Below, piece by piece: positions 37,644-50,428 of a stretch of 60,000 nucleotides of DNA (within the stretch, counting starts at the first letter, position 1; every line of letters starts with the position of its first letter). The stretch spans positions 103,232,001 to 103,292,000 of the forward strand of contig NC_058368.1 of the NCBI RefSeq assembly GCF_018350175.1. Direction: 5' to 3'. The stretch is from Felis catus (taxonomy: Eukaryota). Position numbers and translations under genes: made by a program. The notes beneath the pieces were generated by a model. The model did not search any database and was not told the origin of the DNA. It saw only the letters and a list, made by a program, of their open reading frames with translations.

Positions 37644-38909
37644 CACATCACTCGCACATCGTGAATTCACAATGTAAATTTCTTCATGAATACTTATGCT
37701 GAAGAAATCAATATTGTCAATTAAACCTATTAACTAGTGTTCAATTTATTTAACCACACAATGTATTTTTTCCCTTTGTTACATTTTTAACCTCCAACAG
37801 GAACTAATATTATGCAGAACATACTCTGTAACAGGCTGGTCTGAACATCTTTCAAATTTATAACTTATTTTCGTTTTGTAGAAGCAACAGGTCCCTTTGG
37901 AGGTGTGGTGGGTATAAATTAAATCTATAAACCTTTCAGGTTGGTCATTGGAGTGCCTGAAGGAGTGTTTCTACAAGTACCGACCAAATTAAAAAAAACA
38001 GCAACAGAATTTTGATCCCTCTCAAGTCCACCTAGTAGATCTTAGGGGTACATATGGTTAAGCAGCAGTCTCGTACATCTTCCTTGAAAAGCATACTATG
38101 TATGTCAAAGTTAGCATCTGAGCTATGCTGGATTTTGACTACTGTGAAGGTTAAGATTTAATGATAACAATTAACAGATAGTGGGAATTATTACAAAAAT
38201 TGTTTCCCTCAAATTATCTCAGAAAATCCTTTCAACAACTCAGTGAAGGGAACAGGATGGTGATATCATTCTATCTTTTTAAGAAACTGATATTCTATTT
38301 TCTTTTCTGACCCTAAGGGCCCTGTGTCAGTTATATTTGTGCATGTTGAATATATGATGTATATAATAGAATAATCCTGTGTATAGAATAATTCTGTGCC
38401 ACAAGAACCAAATAGAGGTCTCACCGTCTTTATCAGGCATGACCCTAACATTTCATGATGTAATGGATAATACTACCATTCGATGTCATTTTCTAAGACA
38501 TAAAGTTGAAATTATATTGGCTTTCATTGTTTGCTCCTTTGGAAATACATATAATGCCATCCAAACATGTTATTGCCTTTCTCTGCCTTTTTGGCCTTTT
38601 TGGCCACTATTGATATTTAAGATAACTCATGTAATTTTGTCTTTTCAAGAAAAAGTGTTAAAATTTTGGGGTAAAATTGGTTTGTTTAGGTTTTTGGAGT
38701 TTTGTTTTGGTTTTGGTTTGTTTAGTGTTCTCCCCAGAAATCAGCAGAGCACTGCATACAGGGGAGGTATTCCATGAAAGCTATGATTTCATTAGGGTCC
38801 TGGGGCTCACGACTCTCTCTTAGGCATCATGGAATTTGCAGAATTCTATTGAAAACTGCCAAAAGATTGAACAATTTTCATTTAATTCAGTGGCTCAACC
38901 TTTTCAATA

Positions 38910-40055
38910 AGGTTCTTATTGAAGTGAAACACAGATAAGAATACAAATATAAGCATGAAGCTCCATTCATTTTTATAACGTAGACATACAAGATAATCAA
39001 CATCTAAAACTACAATATTATCAATATAAATCCCCTTATGCCCCTACCAGTCACTGTCCCCACCAAGTAAACCACTATCCTGACTTCTAACACCATAGAT
39101 TTATATAACGGAATCATAATTTATATTCTCCTTTATGTCTGGCTTCTTTCACGCAACACTGTTTTTTTTTTTTAATTCATCTATGGTATAAGTATCAGTA
39201 GTTTGTTTATTTTCAGTGCTGTGTCACAATTGTAATTTATGTATCCACTCCACTAGATATGAATATTCAAATTGCTTACACTTTTTGGCTTTTATACACA
39301 GTGGTGCTATAAACAGTTTTGTACATTTCTTTTGGGTATCTACCCTCCAGTGAAATCCCCGGGTCTTAGGGTATACAGAAGGCTGTCTAAAGTAAATACC
39401 GTCAAATTCTTTTCCAGAGTGATTTTTATCAATTTACTCACCAGCCATACAAGATACTTCAAATTGCTACACATGCTCATCAACACTTGATACTGTTGCT
39501 TTACAAACTTTGGCCACTACGTTATGTGTCTGCTGGATTACTGTCATTTTACACTCAATTCTCATTTTTGAGATGTACTTGAGATGCAATAAAATGTACC
39601 TATTTAAAATGATACCAAATTTGCTAAATGTGTCCATCTGTGTAATCTCCGTATCAATAAAAATAGCAAACATTTCCACATCACTCCCAGAACATTCCCT
39701 TGTGCCTCTTTTCAGTCAATTCCTTTACCACCAGCCCCCAGCAATTTCTGTCAGTATAGGATTTCTGTCAGGATAGGATAGTGTTGCTTGATGTTGGACA
39801 TTCTATAAATGCAACCATATGGTATGTACTATTTTGTGTATACTTCTTTTATTAAAACCAATGTTTTCTAGTTGATCCAGTTTTTTTTTTATTTGTATCA
39901 GTAATTCATTTCTTTTTATTGCTGAGTTGTATTCCATTATATAGATATGTAATACAATTTGTTTATCCATTAACCTTTTGATGAATAAAGTTGCCTCACA
40001 GTGGTTTGTTAATAATGCTGCTGTGAGCACTCACATACAAGCCATTGTGTGGTCA
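38910..40055 (-). mobile_element. Two old L1M 3'-end fragments in tandem
   Basis: AACCACTATCCTGACTTCTAACACCATAGATT; TTTTATTGCTGAGTTGTATTCCATTATATAGATATG; AATAATGCTGCTGTGAGCAC. Confidence 0.75.
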
Positions 40056-40074
40056 TCTTCACTAAGTGTGTCAG

Positions 40075-40620
40075 AGGACAATTGAAACAACATAAGTGTC
40101 CATTAGTAGATGAATGGATAAAGAAGATATGGTATATGTATACAATGGAATATTACTTAGCTATAAAAAGAATGAAATGTTGACATCTACAACACCATGG
40201 GTGGACTTAGAGGGTATGAGACTAAGTAAAGTAAGTCAGACAGAGAAAGACAAATACCGTACGATTTCATTTATATGTACGATCTAAAAAACAACGCAAG
40301 TAACAAACACACAAACAAAAAGCAGAAACAGACCCATCAGTGCAGAGAACAATATGATTGCCAGAAGACAGATGGATGGACGGATGAGCAAAAAGAATTG
40401 AAAGGAATTGGGAGGTATGGACTTCCACTTATGGAATCAATAAGTCATGGTGATAAAAGGTACATAATAGGGAATATAGCCAATGGTACTGTAATAGTTT
40501 GTGTGGTGACAGATGGTAGCTACAACTTGTGATGGGCATAACATAGAGTTATTGAATCACTATGTTGTATACCTGAAACTAATGTAACATTCTGTGTCAA
40601 CTATACTTCAATAAATAAAA
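40075..40620 (+). mobile_element. L1 3'-end fragment (L1MA9/L1_Carn-like)
   Basis: GATGAATGGATAAAGAAGATATGG...ACAATGGAATATTAC...TGTCAACTATACTTCAATAAA. Confidence 0.88.
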
Positions 40621-40626
40621 AATATG

Positions 40627-40700
40627 ATACAATACAATACAATATAATACAATACAATACAATACAATAAAAATAAAATAAAATAAAACAAAATAAAACA
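40627..40700. repeat. (AATAC)n/(AAAAT)n pentanucleotide repeat derived from the L1 tail
   Basis: Directly follows the L1 polyadenylation signal. Confidence 0.9.
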
Positions 40701-42053
40701 CCTATGAGTGAAAGGAAGTTTGAAAGGAAATATTCAGATATCTCTCTGTTTTCAATTATTCAATTATTCTCCTTTCAGTTATATATGATTAATTAAAAAT
40801 ACCACTATTCAACACTCCTTCCTACAAAGGGGATATAATAGTTTATTAATAATAAACTTAAATATTACCATTTCATGGGTGAAATAGCTTCTTCTCCATT
40901 CTCACTTTCGTGTTTTCTGTGCAGACTGATTCCTAAATGGAAAATATTATCTATGAGTATTCATAGTGATAAGTTAGTTACAAAGAAGAAGTCAATATAA
41001 GTGAAAATAATAAAACCTCTATGACTGAGAAATGACATAATATTTATGTCATGCTATGTTATTTCTGAACAAATAGGCAAAGTGAGATCTTCATTCATGC
41101 AATATATCCCCAAATCATAACCACATATTATGAGATAAATTGTTACTTTTTATTAACTCATTGTATGAAAGTTAACGTAAGAGTTCTTGAACGATAAATA
41201 AACATTAAAAATCTTAGTTTTAAATGAGGGGACAAAGGTTGCTTAAATATATCAAAGACCTTATTTATTATGGTAACCAATAATGGAATGTACGTTATAA
41301 TTCTATAAATTCCAGATGACAAATGCTGTGGAAAAAACTGGCATTGTAAGAATATTCCAACACTTGTCTATAAATTAGGACCAGTAAAAATGTAGAATTT
41401 CTGAACATCTTTGCAGTGTGCATTATTTTTTATTTCATTTTAATTACTTTCCATTACTAGGGCAGGGAAGAAAACAATTACTGTCCACATCCTTACTCAT
41501 TACAGTGTTGGGTAGAAAAGAATCCAATAAACGTCTGCTTTTTTTCAATTGTCTTAGTCGTGAGGTTTTTCCAATTTGTGCTGTGCCATCTTTGAATAAT
41601 CACAAATTCTATTCAACTGGGGAGATAGGTGAATTAACAGAGAAGTAAAGAAAAATTTTGACTTATCATAGTTAAAATTTTAATATTTTTTTCTTAGAAA
41701 GGGATATATATTAAACATCATTGAACTCCAAACAAAGGTAAATCAATAATAAATATTTCAAATGTGACTCACATCCTTCTATGAATATTTTGATTTTTCC
41801 TTGTACTCAGGAGAAAATAAATCTCTAAAGGTTACATTTGTTCAAACTCCCAAATATGTTACTAGATCTTGAGTCTATACTGCTTCATACCTTGCAGTTG
41901 TTATTAACTCTCTTTTTATGTTGTCTAAATTGTTCTCATAAAGAAGTGACATTCTTAAGTATTTTATTCCTTTGGTCTAGGCATACTACCCCTCAAATCT
42001 TTGGTCAAAAAAAAAATATCATTTTGAAAACAAGAAGAAAGAAAAGAAAATCC

Positions 42054-42460
42054 AGTCAGAGAAAGACAGATATCATATGCTTTCATGCATATGTGGAATT
42101 AGAGAAACTTAACAGAAGACCACAGGGGAAGGGAAGGAAAAATCAGTTACAGACAGAGAGGGAGGCAAACCATAAGAGACTCTTAAATACAAAAAACAAA
42201 CTGAGGGTAGATGGGGGTGGAGGGCTGGGGGGGGATGGAAAAAATGGGTGATGGGCTTGGAGGACGACACACATTGGGAAGAGCACTGGGTGTTGTATGT
42301 AAGTGATGAATCATGGAAATCTACTCTGAAGCCAAAGCTACAATGTTTGTTAGCTAACTTGACAATAAATTATAAAATAAAATAAATTAAAATAAAATAA
42401 AATAAAATAAAAATAATAAGTACAAAAATAAAAATAAAAATTGTTTGGGTAAAAAAAAAA
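42054..42460 (+). mobile_element. Short 3' fragment of a felid L1 with TSD
   Basis: AGTCAGAGAAAGACAGATATCATATG...AAACCATAAGAGACTCTTAAA...AACTTGACAATAAA; TSD AAAAGAAAATCC at 42042-42053 and 42461-42472. Confidence 0.92.
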
Positions 42461-43330
42461 AAAAGAAAATCCTGATACGCACATCTAATTAGGAAGTCAC
42501 AATAAACTTCACTCAGAAATATCTCACATGAAAATCTCACACATGCAATTTCTAAAGAATATTTTGGGAGACATGCACAATGTCCTGAAACTATTACAAT
42601 CTGCAAAAAATAGAAAGAATAACTTGTTTTTTTTTTAATTAAATGAAAAGAAATGCTTTGGCTGATGTTAGGGAAATGAAAGAAGTATTTTGTCATTGCG
42701 ACTCAGGTCTTTTTAGAAGTCAACATTACCTTTTTCTAGTGGAAGAAAGTAATGGGGGTTACATTTACCAAGAACTTAACTGTCCACTCTTATTACTATA
42801 AACCTAGTGTATCCATTTGAAAGGATATTCCTAAGAATGTCAAATTTACAAAGTTTAAACAAGTCTTAGTGATTTTTACTACACAGATGAAAATTTTAGT
42901 AGTTTAGTCAGGACAGAAATTAAATTCAGGGGTATAGAGTTAAGATAATTATATGTGATTCTAAAAATTTATAAAGGTATAAAAACAGCCTGTTATTTCT
43001 AGTTCTATGGCTAAAGAAAGTTCCCCTTTCCTCCGCTTCTTCAAATCTCACCACCAACAAAAACCAACTAATAGATAAAAGAAAACATTCCATCATAAGG
43101 GAAACAAGAAAACTGTCATGGCTCAAAGAAGACATTTTTGACATCACTTAAATACTGTTAAATGATAATCAAAATGAGAGATCAGGGACAATGTACAGAT
43201 TTTACCATAGTTAAGATGGCATACAAAATTATGATGATTACGAGATCCAGAGTTGTCTAGAAAGTTGGAAAAAAAATCCCTGCAGAGATCCAGTTTGAGA
43301 TCTCAAAAAGGTGGATAAAGACCCAAAAAG

Positions 43331-43386
43331 GAAAAAAGAAAAAGAAAAAGAAAAAGAAAAAGAAAAAGAAAAAGAAAAAGAAAAAG
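43331..43386. repeat. (GAAAAA)n hexanucleotide repeat
   Basis: About nine GAAAAA units. Confidence 0.93.
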
Positions 43387-43825
43387 TGTATACGAAAATG
43401 TCCAAAACAAAAGAGAGGCAGTAGATTCCTTTAGATTCCTCTCAATCTTCTAGCCACTACGTGCCCAGTTTGACCCCACACGATTTCCATTAACAGCAAT
43501 TCAATTCAAAGATAAGTAATATCATCCAAGAAGTTCACATACCATAGCACCACACGATCTCAATATAACATAGAATTTATTTAGGAAAATTTTATAAGCA
43601 GAGAAATAGTGGGGTGAGTATAGTCCTCCATACTTTCATTTTTCTGTAATATAGGATGGACAAAAATGCTCTGAATGCATCAAAGCCAGACTTCTACGCT
43701 ACAGGTCTGGCTAGGTCAGCCTGTGGGATATGCAACTGAGGACTCCAAGAGTGAGCCCAATACCATGTTGCCTATTTACAGGTAAACCTAACCTGAGGAA
43801 TTGGGAACACCTGGTTTCTCTAAAC

Positions 43826-44171
43826 CAGGGAAACGTTCTCTGAAGGGGACAGATAATATGCATTTTATACAGAAATATGGGCCATATATTCTCTGTGTAG
43901 CTACTCTACTCTGCTACAGCAATACAAAAGCAGCCATGGATAGTATATATATATATATATATATAAAAAAATGAGCACAGCTGTGTTACAATAAACTTTA
44001 CTTATGGACACTGAAATTTGAATTGCATTTAACTTTCATGTTTCATAAATTATTCTTCTTTGGATTTTTCCATACATATAAAAATGTAAAACAATTCTTA
44101 GCTCACATGCCATTCAAAAACAGGAAGCAGGCTGGATGTGGCCCTCAGGTTGTAGCACTTACTGATCCCTA
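43826..44171 (+). mobile_element. MER58B-like hAT-Charlie DNA transposon relic
   Basis: CAGGG start; CTGTGTTACAATAAACTTTACTTATGGACACTGAAATTTGAATT; CAGGCTGGATGTGGCCC...GATCCCT end. Confidence 0.85.
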
Positions 44172-44870
44172 CACAAAGCAACAAGAAATATATCAAATGA
44201 TGTGTAGGCCCTGGAACAATGCTAGGGAATATGAATACCAAAGTTTAGAATATGCAAACCAAGAGCTCTGGAAACAATCTTACATACCAGGAATACTGAC
44301 ATTAGCTAAATAAATACCTTGGCTCTCAGCAGAACAGTTCAGTCCACTGAACCAGCTCTCAGCTAAGCTACCCAAAGGGGGAAGGCCACGGGGGCCATGT
44401 AGTTGTGTCTTTTATTAAGTAACCACAAAAGCTCTAACAGAAAAGCCACACATTAAAGCATGCTTTTTATAGAAGATTGGAAGCATTAAAAAAGGCCAAG
44501 TGAAGAAAAGACATTATAAAAAGAATTACCCAAAGAAACATAGGTAATGTCAGAATCAGAAATGATAGGTAGTATAATCACTTTAAATTTTTAAAATGGC
44601 ACAAGATTTACCGATGTTCAAATAAGGGAATACAAAAGACAGAAAGGGTTGGAAATTCCTAGTTCTTAGGGGAAACAAATGGAAATGAACAATAAAAATA
44701 TGATGGTTCTGAAAGTCATGTTAAGACCATAATATAAAAATGAACATAACTGAAAACAAAGTCAAAAGTGCCATGGATAGGCCGAAGGAAATCACATAAA
44801 TTCAACATCAGAAAACACAACATGAATGTAACTATGGAGAAACATGGATACAACAGATGATACTAAAGTA

Positions 44871-45376
44871 CAGGTGCTCCCTGACTTCACAATGGTTTGA
44901 CTTATAATTTTTCGAATTTACGATGGTGTGAAAGTGATATGCATTCAGTAGAAACTGTGTTTCAAATTTTGAATTTTGATTGTTTCCCAGGCTAGCAATA
45001 ACTGGTATGATATTCTCTTATGATGCGGGGCAGAGGGAGAGAGCCACAGCTCCCGGCCAGCCATGTGATCAAGAAGGTAAACAACAAATACCCTTATAGA
45101 GCCAACAAATACTCCATAGAGCCATTCTGTTTTTCTACCTTCAACACAGTCTTTAACAAATTATGTGTGATATTCGAACTTTAATACAAAATAAGTTTAT
45201 GTTAAATAATTCTGCTCCACTGTGATCTATCCTAAGTGTTCTGAGCAAGTTTAAGGTAGAGTAGGCTAAGCTATGATGTTTGGTAGTTGTATTAAATGCA
45301 TTTCCAATTTAACAGCATGTTCAACTCACAATGCGTTTATCAGTATGTAATCCTATCATAAGTCAAGGAAAATCTG
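44871..45376 (-). mobile_element. MER47/Tigger5-type TcMar-Tigger element
   Basis: TA-CAGGTGCTCCCTGACTTCACAATGG ... CATAAGTCAAGGAAAATCTG-TA terminal inverted repeats with TA TSD; GCATTCAGTAGAAAC and AGGCTAAGCTATGATGTT motifs. Confidence 0.85.
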
Positions 45377-45563
45377 TATATATAATTTGTGTTCCTGAGA
45401 ACAGCAAACAGCACAAAATTCAAGTAAGTACACAGTTAAACTGTACTGATATATGGCAGGCTTAAATCTGAGTCCCAGAGTGTTCCCAGGAAAAATGGAT
45501 ACAGAGGGATTGATATAAATGTATGAATTCTGGTAAATTCCTGTCTTTAAGGATAAAGAAGAC

Positions 45564-45757
45564 GGGTGCCTAGGTGGCTTAGTCGATTAAGTGTCTGACT
45601 TTGGCTCAAGGTTCATGAGTTCTAGCCCCACATTGGGCTCTCTGCTGACAGCTCAGAGCCTGGAGCCGGCTTCAGATTCTGTGTCTCCCTCCCTCTCTGC
45701 CTTACTCTCTCTCTCTCTCTCTCTTAAAAATAAATAAACATTAAAAAAATTTTTTAA
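45564..45757 (+). mobile_element. Can/SINEC SINE
   Basis: GGGTGCCTAGGTGGCTTAGTCG head, (CT)n, AATAAATAAACATTAAAAAAATTTTTT. Confidence 0.93.
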
Positions 45758-46869
45758 TCCCATAAAAATAAAGGAAGAATCACATAGGTACACATGAATG
45801 AATGAAAGAGTAAGTATCATTCAAAGGGGATGTCAGGTAGTCTTTAGAGGTCTCCAAAGAAATATTCAGTTCCAGAAAAAGTATACAAATATCATTTCTA
45901 AGAAACATTGTTTTCCCAAATTTATATGCAGGAAGTTATCCTTTATGTTTAAAATTAAAGACAGAGCTTCTCACTCTTGCATAGTAAAATTTAGCCAAAC
46001 AAGAAATAACACAAAATAAAGAGCTGAGGAAAATAGAAACTAGAGAAAAAGAATGGTTAGTGAGAGTTGAATACATTTATGCCAACACTAAAGATTAAAA
46101 AACTAATTATATAATCTAATGTGAATGTTATACTTGTTAGAAATGTTAAAATGATAATATAATTAAAAGTAGAAAAAAGAGAAGCTAAAAGGGCAAATGT
46201 GGGAGGAAGTATGAGTGATATTTTCCTCATATTTCTTAGCAGGGAGTCAAATATTTTTCAATCTTGAAATACATTGTTAAAAATAACTCTTTTTAGACAT
46301 GCAAGTAATCAAAATATTACTTATCAAGTACAATTTCTCAGTATTACTGAGCGTGTTCCATGAAAGGGAGGAAGTAAATAAGGAAAAAAAGAGATTACAA
46401 GACCAAGAAACAAGAGATGTGGAATGGATAGCTGTCAGATGGGACCATTCAATCCTTCGAACTCCCATCTTCCTAGAGGCACAGCTGAGAACACTCGCTT
46501 CTGTAGCCAGGATCCAGCAGGCAGTAGCTTTCACAGGAAGCTTCACTTCCAAGGCAAGAAATGTAACAAACCCAGCTTTGTTTAATTTTGTTGTTGTTGT
46601 TTGTTTGTGGGGTTTGTTTTAGTTTTCTTCTGGAATGGGTGGTCAAATACGTTGAGATTGTAGTAATACTTGTCAAATAACATTTCCAACATCTCAGATA
46701 AGACTGACGGAAGTGGTGGCAGTGACGTCTTAAGATCTTTGATATGGTTCTGCATATTACACGTTGAATATGAGTCACAAACGTAGTCCTCCGGCTCTCC
46801 CACTTGCTGTGTAAGCTACACAATATTTTTTACTAAACTGGACATTTTCACTAAAAATAAGGGACCCTA

Positions 46870-47090
46870 GGGGCACCTAGGTGGCTCAGTCGGTTAAGCG
46901 ACAGACTCTCGATCTCCACTCATGTCATGATCTTGCGGTTCGTGGGTTCAGGCCCCACATCCGGCACTGCATTGACGGTGTGGAGCCTGCTTGGGATTCC
47001 CAGTCTCCCTCTCTCTTTGCCCCTCACACGTTTACACTTTCTCTCTCTCTCTCTCAAAAAATAAATTAAAAAAAACTAAAATTTTTTTAA
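46870..47090 (+). mobile_element. Can/SINEC SINE
   Basis: GGGGCACCTAGGTGGCTCAGTCGGTTAAGCG head; near-TSD TAAAAATAA(G/T)GGACC. Confidence 0.94.
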
Positions 47091-47360
47091 ATAAAAATAA
47101 TGGACCTAAATTTTGTTATTCTCAACTTAAAAGCTATCTATTTCTTCAGTTAAAGTCAAATAATATTAAGCTTAATTTTAAGTGATGATGCTATGACTCT
47201 GTCTTAAACTATTCCTATGTTTTATACAGCTTGTGTGTGAACAAAGGGAGATGAAGTTGATGGTCACCAAGACTAATTGTTGAGTGATGGGTGGTGAGAT
47301 CTGCAGTAATATTTGTTTTCTTGTCTGGAACTTTCCATTTTGCTTCACTTTTTTTTCTTT

Positions 47361-47610
47361 TTCTTTTTCTTTTTTTTTTTTTAACAGTGGTGAATTTTTT
47401 TTTAATGTTTATTTAGTTTTGAGAGAGAGAGAGAGAGACACAGTGTGAGCTGGGGAGGGGCAGAGAAAGAGGGAGACATAGAATCTGACGCAGGCTCCAG
47501 GCTCTGAGCTGTCAGCAGAGAGCCCGACATGGGGCTCGAACCCATGAACCGTGAGATCATGACCTGAGCCAAAGTCGGACGCTTAACCAACTGAGCCACC
47601 CAGGCACCCC
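47361..47610 (-). mobile_element. Can/SINEC SINE with a double A-tail
   Basis: Ends GAGCCACCCAGGCACCCC; TSD CACTTTTTTTTC at ~47346 and ~47611. Confidence 0.94.
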
Positions 47611-49474
47611 CACTTTTTTTTCCTTTTAAATATATGAGTGGGTATTTTTTTAAAGGCCATAAAATAATTATACTAAAAACTGGTATAATAAGTGGCTTCA
47701 TTCAAAATATTGCATATTTAAGGAAAATTTTCCCTGTGTAGGCAACTGATATGTAAGCGTACATTGGTGTGTTTATGAATGTGTTTGTGTGCATGTATTA
47801 TTTAAGGATCGTTGGGAACTAGTCCAGTATTTAAATTTTTTTTCTATTCTTTATTATGTATTCATACCTCATTTGTTACCTGAAAATAATTGAGAAATGT
47901 AGAGGCCAGAATTTCATAAAACTATTACTAATTACAACAAAAATTAATACCTCTGTATACATACGTATTTGTATAGGACATAGATGGCATCTCAGAAAGC
48001 AAATAAGACAATTTAACATTCATTGTTAGAATGTGCCAAAGCCTTCCTCTTCACACAAAAAGTGAGAAATAAAATACATACACTTATTTTCTTTTCAGAT
48101 CCACAAAGTCATGAATATCTACAGAAGCTGATCTCCTGTAGTAATATGCAATGCTAAGTGCTCCATAGCCGGGAACAACCTGAAAGAGATTGCACTCTAC
48201 ATAATTATGCAAATAGATTTTTTAAGAAAAAGAAAAAAGCAGAAATGACAATATGCTAATATGGCAGCAGCATTGAATACGATGAGGATTATTAAAATAC
48301 GAAGTGTTTGTTCATGCCCATAGCCTTTTTTCACTTAATATTTTTTCCTGGCACACATATCTCCAAAGGAAATGTTCAAGAAAGAAAGCCCTCAAATCAT
48401 AATTACCATAATTATACTTTTTCATCTTAAAATCCTCTCCACACCCCTAGAATAAATATTATATGTGGTATATAGTATCATAATTAAAGTAAATGTTCAA
48501 AGAAATGATGCTTTCATTGCTGTTTGCTACATATTCTATCTAATGAGCCAGAACTACACGGTGTAGATGCGTGGCATGCGTCTATTTGTTATTATTATTA
48601 GCATGGTGGCTTTGACTAATCTTAATTAAAAATCTGCATAAAATGTTTCTATCCCATTGTCTGGAATACACCAGAAATATACAACAAAAATTAATATTGG
48701 AAGCGGTGAATAATTTAGACTACTTGACAGAGAAATGTTTTAAAAGAAAGCTTTCAAATGGAGATAAGCCTTGTAAAAGAACATCAGAGATTAGCAGTAG
48801 CAGGCAAGCTCTTTGCTCAGCCCTGTGAATGTATTGTTTAATTATGGATCAAGTTTAGTCTTTAGCTCCTTGACCACCGTGGATTATTCCTTCCATTTTC
48901 TTCTATGGGATCATGCTGAGCCGGGTGATACATAGATAAAAACCTGATGTTACTCACTACACTATATTCTCTAAAGAACATCAGAAACGGGCGAGAGGTA
49001 GGGGAAGGGGGTGCAGAGAGGCCTTTTAAAAGGCTTTGATTTTGAGTAAAAAGAGAAATTCAATTCTTATTCTTCTAAAACAAAATAAAACTCAGAGCAA
49101 AGGGTTTAAGAACCAAAGATAACATTCTTTTGTGGGGTTAAGTCTATTAAAAAAAAAAAAAAGTGATCAAAATACACAAATGAAATTGTTCTTTTGCTGC
49201 CAACATTCACAGTTCAAAAAAATAGCTGAATATGGTATCTGCATAATGGTAACTAAGCGGCAAATCCCCCCTCCGTCTCTGAAGTCGCGAGCGGTAATGA
49301 AAAGGGGAAGTGGGAAGTTATTTCTGTATTTTCGTCTTTTCAGAATGGCATGACCAAAATAATAGCCAGCTTCTTCTTCGACAAAGCAAAAAATATTTTA
49401 TTTCTGAACTTCAGAATCTGTTTTTAAATAATAATAAGTGAATGATGATTATCTACCCTTTTTCTTCTTCCAGC

Positions 49475-49630
49475 AGGAGGCAATCTTACATGACTGAAGG
49501 ATATTTAACACGGGAGCGAGGAAATCTGGGTGTTACCTCCCACTTCGCCACTAACTAGCTATGTCTGGTGGTCAATTTCTTGGGGTTTCCGTTCCACACC
49601 TATAAAATGAAGTGCTTAACTAAGGTACCG
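49475..49630 (+). mobile_element. MIR fragment
   Basis: GAAATCTGGGTGTTACCTCCCACTTCGCCACTAACTAGCTATGT ... CCTATAAAATGAAG. Confidence 0.65.
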
Positions 49631-49694
49631 GGGAAACCAAAAATATCACATTTCTAAGATTGCCTGTACTTGTTTGCAATTCATTTCCCATTCT

Positions 49695-49870
49695 CTTAAC
49701 CTTTAGGCCTCTCACTTCATTAAAAGTGCTCTTGAGAAAGACACACAATAACGTCCCCATTGCTAGATACAATAATCCATTCTCAGTCCTTGTCACCTGA
49801 CATGTCTCTATTCTCTTTCCACCTGTAAAGCTGTAAATTCTATTTTCATTATAGCAGCCAGGATGATCTT
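49695..49870 (+). mobile_element. L2 fragment
   Basis: CCCCATTGCTAGATACAATAATCCATTCTCAGTCCTTGTCACCTGAC; ATAGCAGCCAGGATGATCTTT. Confidence 0.55.
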
Positions 49871-49949
49871 TCTCCTCCTCCTTCCTCTTTCTTTTCTTCT
49901 TCCTGTACCTCTTTCACAATTTCTAGCATTTTTTTCCCCTAAACTTTTT

Positions 49950-50428
49950 GTATTATTTTCAACCAGCACTCCATAGATAGGGCCTTTCCCACTGAGGGAA
50001 TCTGAGTCAGGTCAAATGGAGATGAATCCTTTCAAATGAGCATTTGCAGAGGGCTATCAGGTAAGTCAAAGATAACAATTCTGTAGTGATAGGGATTTCA
50101 GTGCAGCTCCACAGCAATTCTGTCCCTCCAGGGGCTGCTAGACCCTGGTTTTCACAGCTTTCACGGCTGCAAGGCTAATAATTTTCAAGGCTTCCATGCA
50201 GCTGGGAAGAAGGATACAAGGCATATCCATACGCACACCATTATCATCCTGTTCATACCAAGATTCACTCAGCCATTTTTCTTGAATAAATGCTCCTTGA
50301 CCGTTAACAGGATTTTGGTTCATTTGAAGAGCTCAGAAAAATGTTGATCTGGGCCATTTTGGACTATTGTTGGTGCTTTTATGGAGCAAAGGATTTTCAA
50401 AGGTTCTTAATTTGCCTTTTGGAAGTGC
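49950..50428 (-). mobile_element. Old L1 5'-end region (L1MC4/L1M4-like)
   Basis: CAGCCATTTTTCTTGAATAAATGCTCC and TTGTTGGTGCTTTTATGGAGCAAAGGATTTTC match recalled L1M4-type 5'UTR motifs. Confidence 0.6.

Larger units (their letters stand above)
44450..46260 (+). mobile_element. Ancient L1ME/HAL1-like ORF1-region remnant
   Basis: A-rich; TATAATTTGTGTTCCTGAG and GTGTTCCCAGGAAAAATGGATACAGA resemble ORF1 motifs; hosts a Tigger and a SINE. Confidence 0.45.

Noticed and set aside
39565..40620. Adjacent minus and plus L1 pieces as a twin-priming 5' inversion
   Set aside because: Both pieces are 3' ends and look like different-age subfamilies; no shared TSD was seen.
46582..46803. Protein-like minus-strand ORF (EPEDYVCDSYSTCNMQNHIKDL...)
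   Set aside because: It starts at GTG, ends in a low-complexity GTT/GTTT repeat, has no evident splice donor, and resembles no family I recognise.
48080..48145. Strong-looking splice acceptor TTATTTTCTTTTCAG
   Set aside because: It is followed by early stop codons and no convincing donor; such motifs are common in AT-rich DNA.
48565..48585. Imperfect palindrome TAGATGCGTG-G-CATGCGTCTA
   Set aside because: Too short for a pre-miRNA or MITE and expected occasionally by chance.
49470..49482. CTCF-like CCAGCAGGAGGCA
   Set aside because: It mismatches the core consensus, lies at a MIR edge, and has no independent support.
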